A DNA stretch of 64,000 nt from IMG/VR virus record IMGVR_UViG_3300049979_000188; one strand, written 5' to 3'. Position 1 is the stretch's first letter. Each line of letters opens with the position of its first letter. A program made the position numbers and the translations under genes. The notes below the pieces were generated by a model that saw only the letters and a program-made list of their open reading frames with translations, was not told the DNA's origin and ran no database searches. Shown one piece after another: positions 47,250-57,726 of the stretch. This DNA is from a virus.

Positions 47250-47648
47250 ATGGGAACTACCTATCTGAACCAAGTAAAGGGGCTGCGCGCCGGGGCGCTG
47301 CTCAGTATTGAGCTTGAAGAGAGTCGCCTGGGTTGCGGACACCTGAGTCTGTTTGGGCAGCCCTCGCGCCTCATTATTGACTTGCCCACGGGGGAAAAAG
47401 GCGTGGTACGCTTTATTAGCACGGGCGGTGATACGGGTGAAGACGGAGAGCTCGACGTTATCGTGGACGTGGAGCGGCGCTCTTACTTCTACCGTGAGCT
47501 TAGCACCGAGGCCCTGGCGGCTTGCGCCGATTACGCTTCGCGGATGGAAGACATCTACCACGACGACGAGACCATCCCCGACCAGTACTACCGCCGTGAT
47601 GCCCTCTTTACCGCCGCTGATAGGTACCCGGTAAAAAAGGCAGAATAA
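47250..47648 (+). CDS. Cassette hypothetical protein
   Basis: 132 aa. Confidence 0.75.
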   Translation: MGTTYLNQVKGLRAGALLSIELEESRLGCGHLSLFGQPSRLIIDLPTGEKGVVRFISTGGDTGEDGELDVIVDVERRSYFYRELSTEALAACADYASRMEDIYHDDETIPDQYYRRDALFTAADRYPVKKAE

Positions 47649-47730
47649 GTTAGTCAAAACGTAACCTTTCCTCCGAGCCCTGCGTAAAAGGACTCAGAAA
47701 CCAACCCCTCACCCCTTTTTCTTCTTCTCC

Positions 47731-48174
47731 ATGTCTACTGCCGTTTCAACCCGCACCATCGCTGAACTCAACCTGGGTGACTACCCGCTGAGCCTTTCGC
47801 CCGAGCAACTGCTTTTTCTCTTTGGCGAGCAGGTGGCTATCAACGAAACCGACCACTTCTGCCGGGTAAGCCCCACCCAGCCCCAGCTGCTGGAAGTATG
47901 GGTGAAGACGCGCGGCGATAAGAACTACGAGTTGCTCCCAGCCCACCTACCCACTGACTGGCTGCCCTTCACGGTAGACGCACGCTACGAAGACAACGAC
48001 CAGCCCTACACGCAAACGGTACTGGCCACCGACGAGGCCCAGGCCAAGCGCATCGTGCAAACGCTGGTCTACTACAGCAACCACGGTTCGGACGCAGACC
48101 CGGAGGAATTTTACGAGATGCTCGACGAGGACAGCCTGGAAGTAGCCGCTGGCTATCACAGCTACACGAACTAA
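47731..48174 (+). CDS. Cassette hypothetical protein
   Basis: 147 aa. Confidence 0.75.
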   Translation: MSTAVSTRTIAELNLGDYPLSLSPEQLLFLFGEQVAINETDHFCRVSPTQPQLLEVWVKTRGDKNYELLPAHLPTDWLPFTVDARYEDNDQPYTQTVLATDEAQAKRIVQTLVYYSNHGSDADPEEFYEMLDEDSLEVAAGYHSYTN

Positions 48175-48271
48175 GTTTTTTTAGTATAAAGCGTAACCTT
48201 TCTCCCATCCCTGCGTAAAAGGACATGTACCCGGCAACGGAGCCGGGTACACAACCCCCCTTCTCTTCCCA

Positions 48272-48634
48272 ATGGACATTACGGCCACCCCCGCCCTCAC
48301 CCTGAACGTACCTGAGTTCTTTGCCCGCCTTGATTTTCAAGTGTGGCTCAACTCCACCATCAGCTCGCTCAACGGCAGCCAGCGTGCTACCTGGCACAAC
48401 CTGGGCACGGCCCCGAGCGAGTTCTCGGACACGTTCATCTACTACGAAGCCTCGGCTACCAAGGGACAGCCCGTAGCCCAGGTAGTAGCTGACATCCTGG
48501 CTGGGGAAACCCAGGTGGACGGCTCGGACTTCGATGAGCTCTTTCCCCGTGAGCTCAAGGTGGAAGTCTACAAGGCCTGCGAGTCGGTTGGCTTTTACGA
48601 GGGCATCATCCGCTTCACGAACCTCCCCGAATAA
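48272..48634 (+). CDS. Cassette hypothetical protein
   Basis: 120 aa. Confidence 0.75.
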   Translation: MDITATPALTLNVPEFFARLDFQVWLNSTISSLNGSQRATWHNLGTAPSEFSDTFIYYEASATKGQPVAQVVADILAGETQVDGSDFDELFPRELKVEVYKACESVGFYEGIIRFTNLPE

Positions 48635-48700
48635 ATTATTCGGGTAAAGGTAACCCCAGCTTTTTTTTCTTCGTATACTACCTCACCAACCTTCTTTCAC

Positions 48701-48748
48701 ATGGCTAAGATTAAAGCAACCAAAACCACCAAGACGCGCAAGCGCTAA
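48701..48748 (+). CDS. 15-aa basic peptide MAKIKATKTTKTRKR
   Basis: Only ORF between promoter 48650-48677 and terminator near 48760. Confidence 0.55.
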   Translation: MAKIKATKTTKTRKR

Positions 48749-48875
48749 CTGGCCACCTGAAAAAACCTGACCCTAAAAAAGTCAGGTTTTTTTATTGCTG
48801 GGATGTAACCTTTCTCCTGGCCCTGCGTAAAAGGACATATACCAGGCAACGGAGCCTGGGTTAACCCCTACCACC

Positions 48876-49502
48876 ATGAAACTGACCCCCCACACCGTCC
48901 CGAATCTATTGGCCCTGGGTGACGAAACTGCTGCCCTGTACGCGCGCCTGCGCACAATGGTGGGTGATTTGGCCGCCTTCGGCTTCCCCGACGAAGTAAT
49001 CATGCCCCTCTACACGGCAGCCGACCAGCTAAAGCACGCCACGGCAAACCTGGCGAAGAGCGGCAAAAAGCTCGTGGTTATCGAGAAAACCTTCCAGCAC
49101 CGCCTGCACCTCTCAGCCCCCAATATTAAGCTGCCCACCCACTCGTTTCGTCTCGACATAGATGGCGAGGTTGAGCTCGAAGATGTACTCGAAGAAAAGG
49201 CCCGCGAGGCGTACGTGCGCTTCGATATGGCCGGACGTCGGGTGCGCCTGTATCAGCGTCCGGTCACCACTACGGACCCCCAAGCTTGGGAAACTATCGA
49301 CTACAATTACAACCTGGATACGGATGATTTCAGCGACCAGGACGACGAGCCCACGCTGATTCCCTTTGACGAGAGCCCCGTGCAAGATGAATGGATTGCC
49401 AACATTCGGTCGCAATATGGCGAAGAGATGGGGCCGAAGGAATGCTGGCGCTTAGCCGCTGACTACTACTACCAACTCAACGGCGTGCTACCAACCGAGT
49501 AA
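48876..49502 (+). CDS. Cassette hypothetical protein
   Basis: 208 aa. Confidence 0.75.
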   Translation: MKLTPHTVPNLLALGDETAALYARLRTMVGDLAAFGFPDEVIMPLYTAADQLKHATANLAKSGKKLVVIEKTFQHRLHLSAPNIKLPTHSFRLDIDGEVELEDVLEEKAREAYVRFDMAGRRVRLYQRPVTTTDPQAWETIDYNYNLDTDDFSDQDDEPTLIPFDESPVQDEWIANIRSQYGEEMGPKECWRLAADYYYQLNGVLPTE

Positions 49503-49623
49503 GTAAAAACCCTGACCCTAAAAAAGTCAGGGTTTTTTTCTGTGAACCTGTAACCTTTCCTCAGGGCTCTACGTAAAAGGAGGTGTAAAGCGCAACGGAG
49601 CACTTTACTCAAATTCCAACCAG

Positions 49624-49899
49624 ATGCAATCCATCACCAACATCAACCTGGACGACCAACTGCGTCAAGCCGGCACGGGCCACGTCGCCGTGGTAGAGAC
49701 CAAGCCGGACCCTGAGGACCGCCACGATAAGCCCAACTACGAAGTGATGGGTGCCATCCAGGCCCTACTGCAACGAGCGAACCTCGAAAGCGAGAACGGC
49801 TTCACGGTCGTCATTGATGTGCAGGGCAGCACGGAAGCAGGGCGTATCCTTCAGTGCGTCGTACTTGACAATTGCCTCGGGCCACTAGCCATTCACTAA
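49624..49899 (+). CDS. Cassette hypothetical protein
   Basis: 91 aa. Confidence 0.7.
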   Translation: MQSITNINLDDQLRQAGTGHVAVVETKPDPEDRHDKPNYEVMGAIQALLQRANLESENGFTVVIDVQGSTEAGRILQCVVLDNCLGPLAIH

Positions 49900-49941
49900 C
49901 AACTTGCCCGGGGCAACGGAGCCCCGGGCTACTATTTTTCC

Positions 49942-50277
49942 ATGAAAGATACCCCCCGCATCCTGGCCACCTACGTGGCCCAGCGCATCGCCGAAAACGG
50001 TGACGTAGAAAACACGGGCAAGACCCAGGACTTCAACGTTACCAAAACCATCCTCAATATGCCCGTGGCCGAGATTAAGGCCCTGGAAGACGACCAGTAC
50101 GAAACCGATGCCTTGGTAGCCGAAGCCTCGCGCTGGGCGCGGGCACGCTCGCTTAAGCACCCCTTTGCCATCCGCGTGGAAGACGACCTGGCCCTGTTCT
50201 TCGAAGGGTTCGGCTGTAACCTGCTCACCCTCACCCAGGAGCAAGTGGACCGCATCCGCACGGAGCTCGGCTACTAA
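49942..50277 (+). CDS. Hypothetical protein preceded by a promoter-less AACGGA hairpin
   Basis: 111 aa. Confidence 0.75.
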   Translation: MKDTPRILATYVAQRIAENGDVENTGKTQDFNVTKTILNMPVAEIKALEDDQYETDALVAEASRWARARSLKHPFAIRVEDDLALFFEGFGCNLLTLTQEQVDRIRTELGY

Positions 50278-50369
50278 ACTTTTTTTCTTTTCTGCGTAAC
50301 CTTTGCGCCGAGCCCTGCGTAAAAGGACCATGAAGCGCAACGGAGCGCTTCACTACAACCCTCTTTTTT

Positions 50370-50825
50370 ATGAAAGTATCAACCACCACCCTGCGGCTCT
50401 TTACGCTAATCCATAACCTTGGCGGGAGTACTGCTTATCGCATGGAGCATAGTTTCACGGTAACTGATGTTGCTGGCAATGAGTTCACTGTGAGTGACAT
50501 TGCCTGCATTGACGGTAAACTCTATGTTAACGGCCACAGCTTGCACAGGCTTGGTGAAGACGAGCTTAAGCGCCTGGCTACTTTCTTGGAAAAGAAATAC
50601 GGTAAATTCCAGCGGGTAAGCCCCTACACTGTGGTAGGCGTAGACCCTGAAACGGGCAAAGGCTACCAGCAGGTTATGTATGATTATGATGTAAACAGTG
50701 CGGCTTCTAAGCTGCTCGACATGCAGGACCTGCTTATTGCGGCCGTATACGAAGGGTATCTACCAGTGCCGTTTTTGGGTAACGATAACATGCAGCCTTA
50801 CTTGACTGGCATAAATAAAGTATAG
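50370..50825 (+). CDS. Cassette hypothetical protein
   Basis: 151 aa. Confidence 0.75.
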   Translation: MKVSTTTLRLFTLIHNLGGSTAYRMEHSFTVTDVAGNEFTVSDIACIDGKLYVNGHSLHRLGEDELKRLATFLEKKYGKFQRVSPYTVVGVDPETGKGYQQVMYDYDVNSAASKLLDMQDLLIAAVYEGYLPVPFLGNDNMQPYLTGINKV

Positions 50826-50920
50826 TTAAAAAAAAGTCCCTGGGGATGTAACCTTTCCCCAGGGACCTGCGTAAAAGAACACATACCAGGCAACGGAGCC
50901 TGGACTAACTCCATCCCCAC

Positions 50921-51163
50921 ATGGCTTCTATCAAAAAACGCGCCCAGCTTGCCAAAGCTGCACTCAAGGCCTACACCGACCTCAAAGGAAAGGACGAAGG
51001 AACGGAGCCGCTACAAGACCGTACAGTTGACTTGATTGCGGACTTGCTACACCTGGCCGCCAGCCAAGGGCTTGAGGCGGCGAGCATCTTACGCATTGCC
51101 CAGAGCCACTTTACGCATGAGCAGGAGGTTGCACTCAAGCAAGCAACAGCCAAAAATATTTAA
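50921..51163 (+). CDS. Conserved hypothetical protein
   Basis: DLIADLLHLA...G......LR.A..HF..E motif. Confidence 0.7.
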   Translation: MASIKKRAQLAKAALKAYTDLKGKDEGTEPLQDRTVDLIADLLHLAASQGLEAASILRIAQSHFTHEQEVALKQATAKNI

Positions 51164-51255
51164 TATTTTTTCAGTTGAAAACGTAACCTTATCTCAGGGC
51201 TCTGCGTAAAAGGACATGTAAGCAGCAACGGAGCTGCTTATTAATTGCCGCCAAG

Positions 51256-51558
51256 ATGGCCGAAAAGAAAGAGTACCTCAACACCCCTACGGACCTGGGT
51301 TATACCAGCCGCACGATTGCCGCTGACGCGGTAATCCGCCACCAGGAAGACATTATCGAGAGCTTAAGCAAACAGTTAAGCGACGATGAACACGGGCATT
51401 ATTACACCTACCGGGGACTCTTTGGCTTTAAGCTTAAAAAGCCGCAACTCACCCTGGTTGGCCAGCATGTGAAGCTGATTATCACCCAATTTGAGCGCGG
51501 GCTCGTTTCCTTGCGTAAAGAGCTGGCGGAGTACGTGCGCGAAGATATTGGCACGTAA
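51256..51558 (+). CDS. Cassette hypothetical protein
   Basis: 100 aa. Confidence 0.7.
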   Translation: MAEKKEYLNTPTDLGYTSRTIAADAVIRHQEDIIESLSKQLSDDEHGHYYTYRGLFGFKLKKPQLTLVGQHVKLIITQFERGLVSLRKELAEYVREDIGT

Positions 51559-51800
51559 AAGCCCGGCAGGCGGGCGCAAGCGCCAAGTGGTTTACGTATA
51601 AAGGCCTGGCGGGGTAACTCGCTGGGCTTCTTTGCTGGGTTCTGAGCTGGTCAGCAACCCCGAACAACTGGCAGCGACGTGATTCCACGGCTCGTTCGGG
51701 TCGAGTGCTCTTAAATGCTGGGACATGGGTTTCCCCGGACTTTTTCCCGCCAGCAGCCTACTCCATACGGATTCCCCCGCTTACACGCACCCAGGTGAGA

Positions 51801-51853
51801 AGTCCCCCCTTACCTACCAGGCTACGCCTGTGGGGGTAAGGGGGGACTTTTTT
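51801..51853 (+). terminator. Strong terminator-like hairpin
   Basis: AGTCCCCCCTTACC...GGTAAGGGGGGACT (14 bp) followed by T-run. Confidence 0.65.
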
Positions 51854-52006
51854 CGCTCACCTTCCAGCCGTTTGCCCTGCTTGCCGCATCCAGCTTGTGG
51901 TAATGGGTACAAAAGTTTTTCTGTAAAATTGGTAACCTTTTCACTGGCTACCCCGTAAAAGGACTATCCTGGGCAACGGAGCCCGCGACCAACCAACCCC
52001 CCTACC

Positions 52007-52537
52007 ATGAAAACGTTGCTCACCCACCTGGTGCTGAATGTTAGCGCCCTCAACTCGAATACTCCCGCCCTGGTCCTTACGGCCACCAACGAGCCGGGTA
52101 GCTTCCAAGCCCTCGAAACCCTGCTCTACGGCGCAGATGGCCTCGACGAGCCCGACTACGAGACCTATCAAATCGACGTGCCCGCGCACGTTGCCAAGCT
52201 GCTCACCAGCCACCAGGCAGTGGTGGGCTACCTGGCCGCCAAGCTGGGCGAAGTAATCGGCGAGGACATTGCCTACGGCGTAGAAATCGTGCTCAAGCCC
52301 GGCGAGCAGACCAGCTACTGCTACGGCATCACCCCACCCAACGTGGCCACCTACTCCATCGACCAGGAGCAGGCCGAGGGCGAAGAGCGTCGCCCCTACT
52401 TCACCTTTCAGCAGGCACTGCACGGGGCGGAGATGCTCAAACGCCGCGAAACCCACAACCTCATCACCATCACGCCCTACAACGCCCAGGGCGAGGTAAT
52501 CGGCGATGATTACGTTTACTACGACGAAGTAAAGTAG
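52007..52537 (+). CDS. Cassette hypothetical protein
   Basis: 176 aa. Confidence 0.75.
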   Translation: MKTLLTHLVLNVSALNSNTPALVLTATNEPGSFQALETLLYGADGLDEPDYETYQIDVPAHVAKLLTSHQAVVGYLAAKLGEVIGEDIAYGVEIVLKPGEQTSYCYGITPPNVATYSIDQEQAEGEERRPYFTFQQALHGAEMLKRRETHNLITITPYNAQGEVIGDDYVYYDEVK

Positions 52538-52593
52538 GCCGCACGGCAAGGAGCCAGGGGCCTATTTAGGGTCTCTGGCTAACCTGCTGTACT

Positions 52594-53160
52594 ATGACCC
52601 CTGAAACCCCCGACTTCGCCACCCAGGCGCGTGCCCTGGCCCAGGCTCTTAAGGACGTTTACCCCGACCTTTCCTTCGAGAAGGACCCCGACGCCAATAC
52701 CGTCACCATCCACGCAGGTGGCCTCACGCTCGTCGTAGCCCCCATCCCGACCGCAACCCCGCTGCAAGAGGGCACGGGCTCGTTTAAAGGCCGCGCCGGA
52801 GCCTACAAAGGAGAGGCCGCCTACGTCAATTCCGTGGGTGCCCAGCACCGCCAGGCTTACCGCGACGATAAAGCCTTCGATGCTACGGTGGACAGCCTCA
52901 AAGGGATGGATTTTGATGCGGTAGCCCCGGGCGAGATGAGCGGGGCGCAGTACAAGGCCCTTTGTAATGCCCGCATTCAGGCCCAGAACCGCATCCGCTA
53001 CGGCCAGCCCACCGACGAGCAGCGTGCCCTCTACGACCACCTGCACGAGCGCTGGGTAGCCGAGTACAAGGCCCAGCAAGCCAAGCAGGCCCAGCAGCCT
53101 GGACCCACCCTGGGCGGCAGCCAAGCCCCGGTTAACCCCAAAGGCTACGAAGGCGACTAA
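52594..53160 (+). CDS. Hypothetical protein
   Basis: 188 aa. Confidence 0.7.
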   Translation: MTPETPDFATQARALAQALKDVYPDLSFEKDPDANTVTIHAGGLTLVVAPIPTATPLQEGTGSFKGRAGAYKGEAAYVNSVGAQHRQAYRDDKAFDATVDSLKGMDFDAVAPGEMSGAQYKALCNARIQAQNRIRYGQPTDEQRALYDHLHERWVAEYKAQQAKQAQQPGPTLGGSQAPVNPKGYEGD

Positions 53161-53278
53161 GGAAGAGAACCCCGAAGAAATTCGGGGTTTTTTTACGGTT
53201 TAGTGTAACCTTCTCCCAGGGCTCGTCGTAAAAGGATACATAACCGGCAACGGAGCTGGTTACCCAACCCCTACTACC

Positions 53279-53653
53279 ATGAAAATCCAAACCATCCTTG
53301 GCGGTCAGCTCGTTACCATAGCCGCCAAAGAGAGCCTAAACGGTTACTATCTTTACACAATAACCTCCGTAGCTACCGGGGGAACGTACACGTTTGAAGG
53401 GTCAGCCCCTAGCAACAACCATGATAACCTACGGCTAATAGGGTGGGCTGTTGCCAGTGATGCCGAACTCGGCATGGCCTCTACTTTAGAAGTATATGCG
53501 GATAGCACGGGGCGCAGCCTGGATACTACCGAGAATCAGCAAGAGGCCCAAGAGTCGTGGGAATCTTGCCAAGATTCCCTAGCGGCTTTTAAGCGCCTCG
53601 GTATGGACCCGGTTAAGGGTGAGTGCGCTAATCAGTTCACTATTCTAGCGTAA
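53279..53653 (+). CDS. Cassette hypothetical protein
   Basis: 124 aa. Confidence 0.7.
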   Translation: MKIQTILGGQLVTIAAKESLNGYYLYTITSVATGGTYTFEGSAPSNNHDNLRLIGWAVASDAELGMASTLEVYADSTGRSLDTTENQQEAQESWESCQDSLAAFKRLGMDPVKGECANQFTILA

Positions 53654-53776
53654 AGGAAAAAACCTGGCCCTAAAAAAGTCAGGTTTTTTTCTTCCGTAAA
53701 AGTGTAACCTTTGACCCCAGCTGGGCGTAAAAGGACCATCAACGGCAACGGAGCCTGCGACTTCTCCCCTACCACC

Positions 53777-54196
53777 ATGTCAGCCTCTACCCATATCGAC
53801 CCGCTAACGATTCCCTACGCTGAGCGCACGCCCACTACGGTTATGTTTCGCCGCTTCCCCAAAAAGGAGGGCGGCGAGGTAATCGCCCTGTTCCCTTACG
53901 AGCTCGACGATTACCAGGGCTACAAGTGCAGCTCGTACATGCACGTTGGCCAGCACGCCAGCGCCGGCTATTCAGCCATAGTTAGCTGCACGAAGCCCGC
54001 CAAGCTCACGGATGTGGATGTGGTGGCCCTGACCGCTGAATTGGAGCACCAAATCGGCTATCGGCTCGTGCCAGCCCAGATGGTAAACGCACGCCTGCTC
54101 GACAAGGCCCGCCTGGACTACCGTACGCACCTCAAACGCAGCGGGGCCGTGCCCAGCACCTGGTGGCCCGAAATTGCCCTTACGGCGGCTGAATAA
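53777..54196 (+). CDS. Conserved phage hypothetical protein
   Basis: VMFR.F....GEVIALFP...SYMHVGQH motif; start moved to MSASTH. Confidence 0.75.
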   Translation: MSASTHIDPLTIPYAERTPTTVMFRRFPKKEGGEVIALFPYELDDYQGYKCSSYMHVGQHASAGYSAIVSCTKPAKLTDVDVVALTAELEHQIGYRLVPAQMVNARLLDKARLDYRTHLKRSGAVPSTWWPEIALTAAE

Positions 54197-54314
54197 GCAA
54201 ATCCCCGGCCCTAAAAAAGCCGGGGATTTTTTCATGACTACCGTAACCTTTGCCCCGGGCTCTGCGTAAAAGGAGTATTCCTGGTAACGGAGCCAGGGGT
54301 TTACCGTAGCTGAG

Positions 54315-54869
54315 ATGTCCTGGACTAAGAAAAATACCACCAACCTGGGCGACCTGCGCCGGATGCTGCATGAGCTCACCAGCGTGCGCGTACGCAACTG
54401 GGACGGGGTGATGGAGCTCCACGAGGCCCTGGCCCGTAAAAAAGCCCGCGTAGTCCATAAAGCCTGGGATGACGAAGTATACAACAACAACCCCAGGGTG
54501 TGGCCCCTGGACCTTACCGAGCTAGCTACCTGGTCCACCTACGACGCGCGGGAGTGCATCGACCTCGAATACAAGCTTCACCGCACTGGCATCCAAGTGC
54601 AGGTACAAATCTACGAGGGGCGCAACGATAGATACTTTGACCGTCCGCGCCGCAAATTTAACGCCGTGATTAACCTGCCGCTGGCTTTCCTGCGCACGGA
54701 GGCCCTGGCCAACCGCATCGACTGGGATTTTGATGCCTTGGTGGAGCACCGCCGCCACGACCAGCGCAAGGATAAGAAAGAAGCCTGGCTGGCCAAGGAG
54801 CGCAAGAAACTGCTCGAAGATAAGAGAATTTTTCGTAAATCTGTAACCTTTGCCCCGAGTTGGGCGTAA
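54315..54869 (+). CDS. Cassette hypothetical protein
   Basis: 184 aa; C-terminus reads through the next promoter. Confidence 0.7.
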   Translation: MSWTKKNTTNLGDLRRMLHELTSVRVRNWDGVMELHEALARKKARVVHKAWDDEVYNNNPRVWPLDLTELATWSTYDARECIDLEYKLHRTGIQVQVQIYEGRNDRYFDRPRRKFNAVINLPLAFLRTEALANRIDWDFDALVEHRRHDQRKDKKEAWLAKERKKLLEDKRIFRKSVTFAPSWA

Positions 54870-54917
54870 AAGGACCTGTAAGCCGCAACGGAGCCGCTTA
54901 CCTTACTAATTCTTACC

Positions 54918-55487
54918 ATGAAAAAATTCACCGTGATGGGCCTCATGCTCAATGAGAACGGTCCCTGGACGGGGCACATTGAAGCCCCCGATGAGGAAGC
55001 AGCCATCAACCAGGCCCAGCGTACCGTGTACGCCAATCACTACCTGCTGGAGCAGCCCGAGCTCTATCCGGTCCTGCCCGCGCACATCGTTCCCAAAGTG
55101 CTCGAAGTACTGATGGTATTCGACGGGTTCGTATACGGCATAATGGCTGATGAGCTGGGTATCGAACGGGTCGAGCCTACCGAGCCGGCTGACTACCTGC
55201 TAACCTATCCCCATGCCACGGCCGGGGAGCTCGCCGAGTTTATCAAGCAGTGGTTCAACCAGCTGAAGAGCCCTGAGCAAGTGGTATTGGCGGAACCCAT
55301 CGAGCTAAACCTGGGCGTATTCGGTGGGAGCCAGCCCGTGCGCATTATTGCCCTCACGCCCACCGGGGCCGAGGTGAGCGGGGCCGTGGAGCAGCTGGAT
55401 TTGCAGCGCCTGGCCAATGTGCCGACCACCTACTATTTTAACCTCAATACGGCTGCGCTGCGTCGTATTGTACAGGCCCTGGCCTAA
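54918..55487 (+). CDS. Cassette hypothetical protein
   Basis: 189 aa. Confidence 0.75.
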   Translation: MKKFTVMGLMLNENGPWTGHIEAPDEEAAINQAQRTVYANHYLLEQPELYPVLPAHIVPKVLEVLMVFDGFVYGIMADELGIERVEPTEPADYLLTYPHATAGELAEFIKQWFNQLKSPEQVVLAEPIELNLGVFGGSQPVRIIALTPTGAEVSGAVEQLDLQRLANVPTTYYFNLNTAALRRIVQALA

Positions 55488-55608
55488 ACCCAAAAAACCC
55501 CAGCTAAAAAAGTTGGGGTTTTTTTGCGTCTCAGCGTAACCTTTGCTCAGGGCTCCCCGTATAAACCTCAGAACGCAGGCAACGGAGCCTGGGTTAACCC
55601 CTACTACC

Positions 55609-55938
55609 ATGAACCTCACTTCGTCACCTGCGCCGCACGAGACTTTTCCTTACCTGCGTGCCTTCATGGAAGGTCGCCAGCTTGACTCCTACTCGCTGCC
55701 CTTCTTTCTGCAAGTAGTAACTGACACGGGCCGCGTGGTACCCGTCTGCGCTATTAGCTACAAGGCGTTGCCGGGTACCAGCACCAAGTACTTGCGCCTG
55801 GTCGTACCGGGGGAGGATGGGAGCCAGGTGGAGCTTAGTGCGGCTGAAATCAGCACCAAACAGTTCAAGATAGTAGCCGATGCCTTGGCCACGATGCTGG
55901 CTACTTCGCCCAGGATAACCAGTACCTCGGCAAAGTAA
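55609..55938 (+). CDS. Cassette hypothetical protein
   Basis: Start moved to MNLTSS. Confidence 0.7.
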   Translation: MNLTSSPAPHETFPYLRAFMEGRQLDSYSLPFFLQVVTDTGRVVPVCAISYKALPGTSTKYLRLVVPGEDGSQVELSAAEISTKQFKIVADALATMLATSPRITSTSAK

Positions 55939-56057
55939 CCAGCCTAATCTACTAAAAACCCCAACTTTTTTAGTTGGGGTTTTTTTCACCCTTAACGTAA
56001 CCTTTTCCCAGGGACCTGCGTAAAAGGACTCAGAAACCAACCCCCCCCTTTCTTTTT

Positions 56058-56807
56058 ATGAGCTACATTGCTTGCACCCCCCAGCTACTGCCAGCCCTGG
56101 CCCCCACCTCGATTGGCCTGCTCGTCGGCGACAGCGCCGTACATAGCATTGAGGCCGAGGCCCTCGGTACGACGGGCTGCATTTACCAGCACGTATACCT
56201 GCTGAGTGAGCGCCCCATCAACTCGGGCAATGTGTACTTCGACAAGGCCAAGCAGCAGGTGCTCGTGGCCCCTGAGATGGGCGCGGGCTACTTCAACCGC
56301 TACCCCGGTGACTACATCCGCGTGGAGGCCAGCACCGACCCCTCCCTGGGCCTGCCCGTGGTAAATGATACGGTCCTGGCCGCCTACGTAAAGGGCGCAA
56401 AATCAAGTCAAACGCAATTTCGCGTTTACCCTGGCACCCTGCCGGGTAGCGTGCCCGTGGTGGGCGTACGGATGCGCGAGTACACGGGCACGCTCTACAA
56501 CACGGACCAGGAGCCCCGCGCCCTTACCCTGGCCGAGCTCATCGAGGTAGGCGTGGGCCAGGTTGGGTCCACTATGGCGGCTTCTGCGTTCGGCTCGGGC
56601 TACCTGCTCAACGACGGCAAGAAAAGCGCGCACCACTTCTACTCCGCGCCCGACTGGGCCATCTACGGCACCAATGAATGGGTACCCAATGAGGCGGGCC
56701 GCCTGGCGGTAAACGCTGTAATGGGTAAAGAGCACTACAAAGGGGGCGAAGATTACCTGCCCGGCTCGATTATTATTTACAAACGAGAAGATTTTGTGGT
56801 CTTCTAA
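56058..56807 (+). CDS. Cassette hypothetical protein
   Basis: 249 aa. Confidence 0.75.
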   Translation: MSYIACTPQLLPALAPTSIGLLVGDSAVHSIEAEALGTTGCIYQHVYLLSERPINSGNVYFDKAKQQVLVAPEMGAGYFNRYPGDYIRVEASTDPSLGLPVVNDTVLAAYVKGAKSSQTQFRVYPGTLPGSVPVVGVRMREYTGTLYNTDQEPRALTLAELIEVGVGQVGSTMAASAFGSGYLLNDGKKSAHHFYSAPDWAIYGTNEWVPNEAGRLAVNAVMGKEHYKGGEDYLPGSIIIYKREDFVVF

Positions 56808-56878
56808 CGTAACCTTTCTCCCTGCCCTGCGTAAAAGGATTTACAAACGGTAACGGAGCCGTTTGTAAATCCTTTTTT

Positions 56879-57211
56879 ATGAAGACCTACCCTATCGAAG
56901 AAGAAGCACGAGTTGATTTTGAAGTGGCTAATGCACTTGAGTCAGTGGGCTACCCCTACCGCTATGCCAGTGAAGTTCCACTTAATATCCCAACCCTGAA
57001 TGCGGCACAGCGTTGGCTACGTATTGCGCGTGACCAGCACATGGAAGTAGAATACACTGGGGATGGTTTTACCGTATCGGTACTTGGCAGCCAGTTTGGC
57101 CGCCTCTATGAGAATACGCAAAAGCCTAACAATCCAACCCGGTTTGCTACGTACGAGGACGGCCAGCGGGCTGGGGTATTGGAAATGATTAAATTAATTT
57201 CCCCCAAATAA
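56879..57211 (+). CDS. Cassette hypothetical protein
   Basis: 110 aa. Confidence 0.7.
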   Translation: MKTYPIEEEARVDFEVANALESVGYPYRYASEVPLNIPTLNAAQRWLRIARDQHMEVEYTGDGFTVSVLGSQFGRLYENTQKPNNPTRFATYEDGQRAGVLEMIKLISPK

Positions 57212-57287
57212 CGCAACCTTTCTCCCAGGCCCGCGTAAAAGGACATGTAGCCGGTAACGGAGCCGGCTACACAACTTCTCCCCTACC

Positions 57288-57620
57288 ATGCATACGCAAG
57301 ACCAAAAGACGCAAGCCTTAAACGCGGCGGTCAATTCTTTCTCGGCCAAACCGGAGAGCACTGCAACCGAAGCAATGGGCGAGCTTGCCCAGCATACGTT
57401 CGAGGCTGGCTACGCCCTGGGTCGCACGCCCGAGCGCGAGTTCACCGCCGACGAGCTCTATAAGATTCAACAGGTTCTTTTCGACCTGCGGTGGAACTGG
57501 GGCAGCTTCGCCCAAACAATGGGGCAACTGCTGCGAGCCGGTGACAGCAGCACTCGCCAGAAGCTGGCCAAGGGGTTCCCCCACGAGTTCAGCGCCTGGC
57601 TCGAAATGGCCAGACGGTAA
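57288..57620 (+). CDS. Cassette hypothetical protein
   Basis: 110 aa; GSFAQTMG.L...GD....KL.KGFP motif. Confidence 0.7.
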   Translation: MHTQDQKTQALNAAVNSFSAKPESTATEAMGELAQHTFEAGYALGRTPEREFTADELYKIQQVLFDLRWNWGSFAQTMGQLLRAGDSSTRQKLAKGFPHEFSAWLEMARR

Positions 57621-57726
57621 GCAAAAGACCCCGTCGCCTAACGGGGTCTTTTTTTTTTAGCTACTAGTGTAACCTTTCTCCGGGCTCTGCGTAAAAGGAC
57701 TCAGAAACCACCTAACCACTTTCGCC

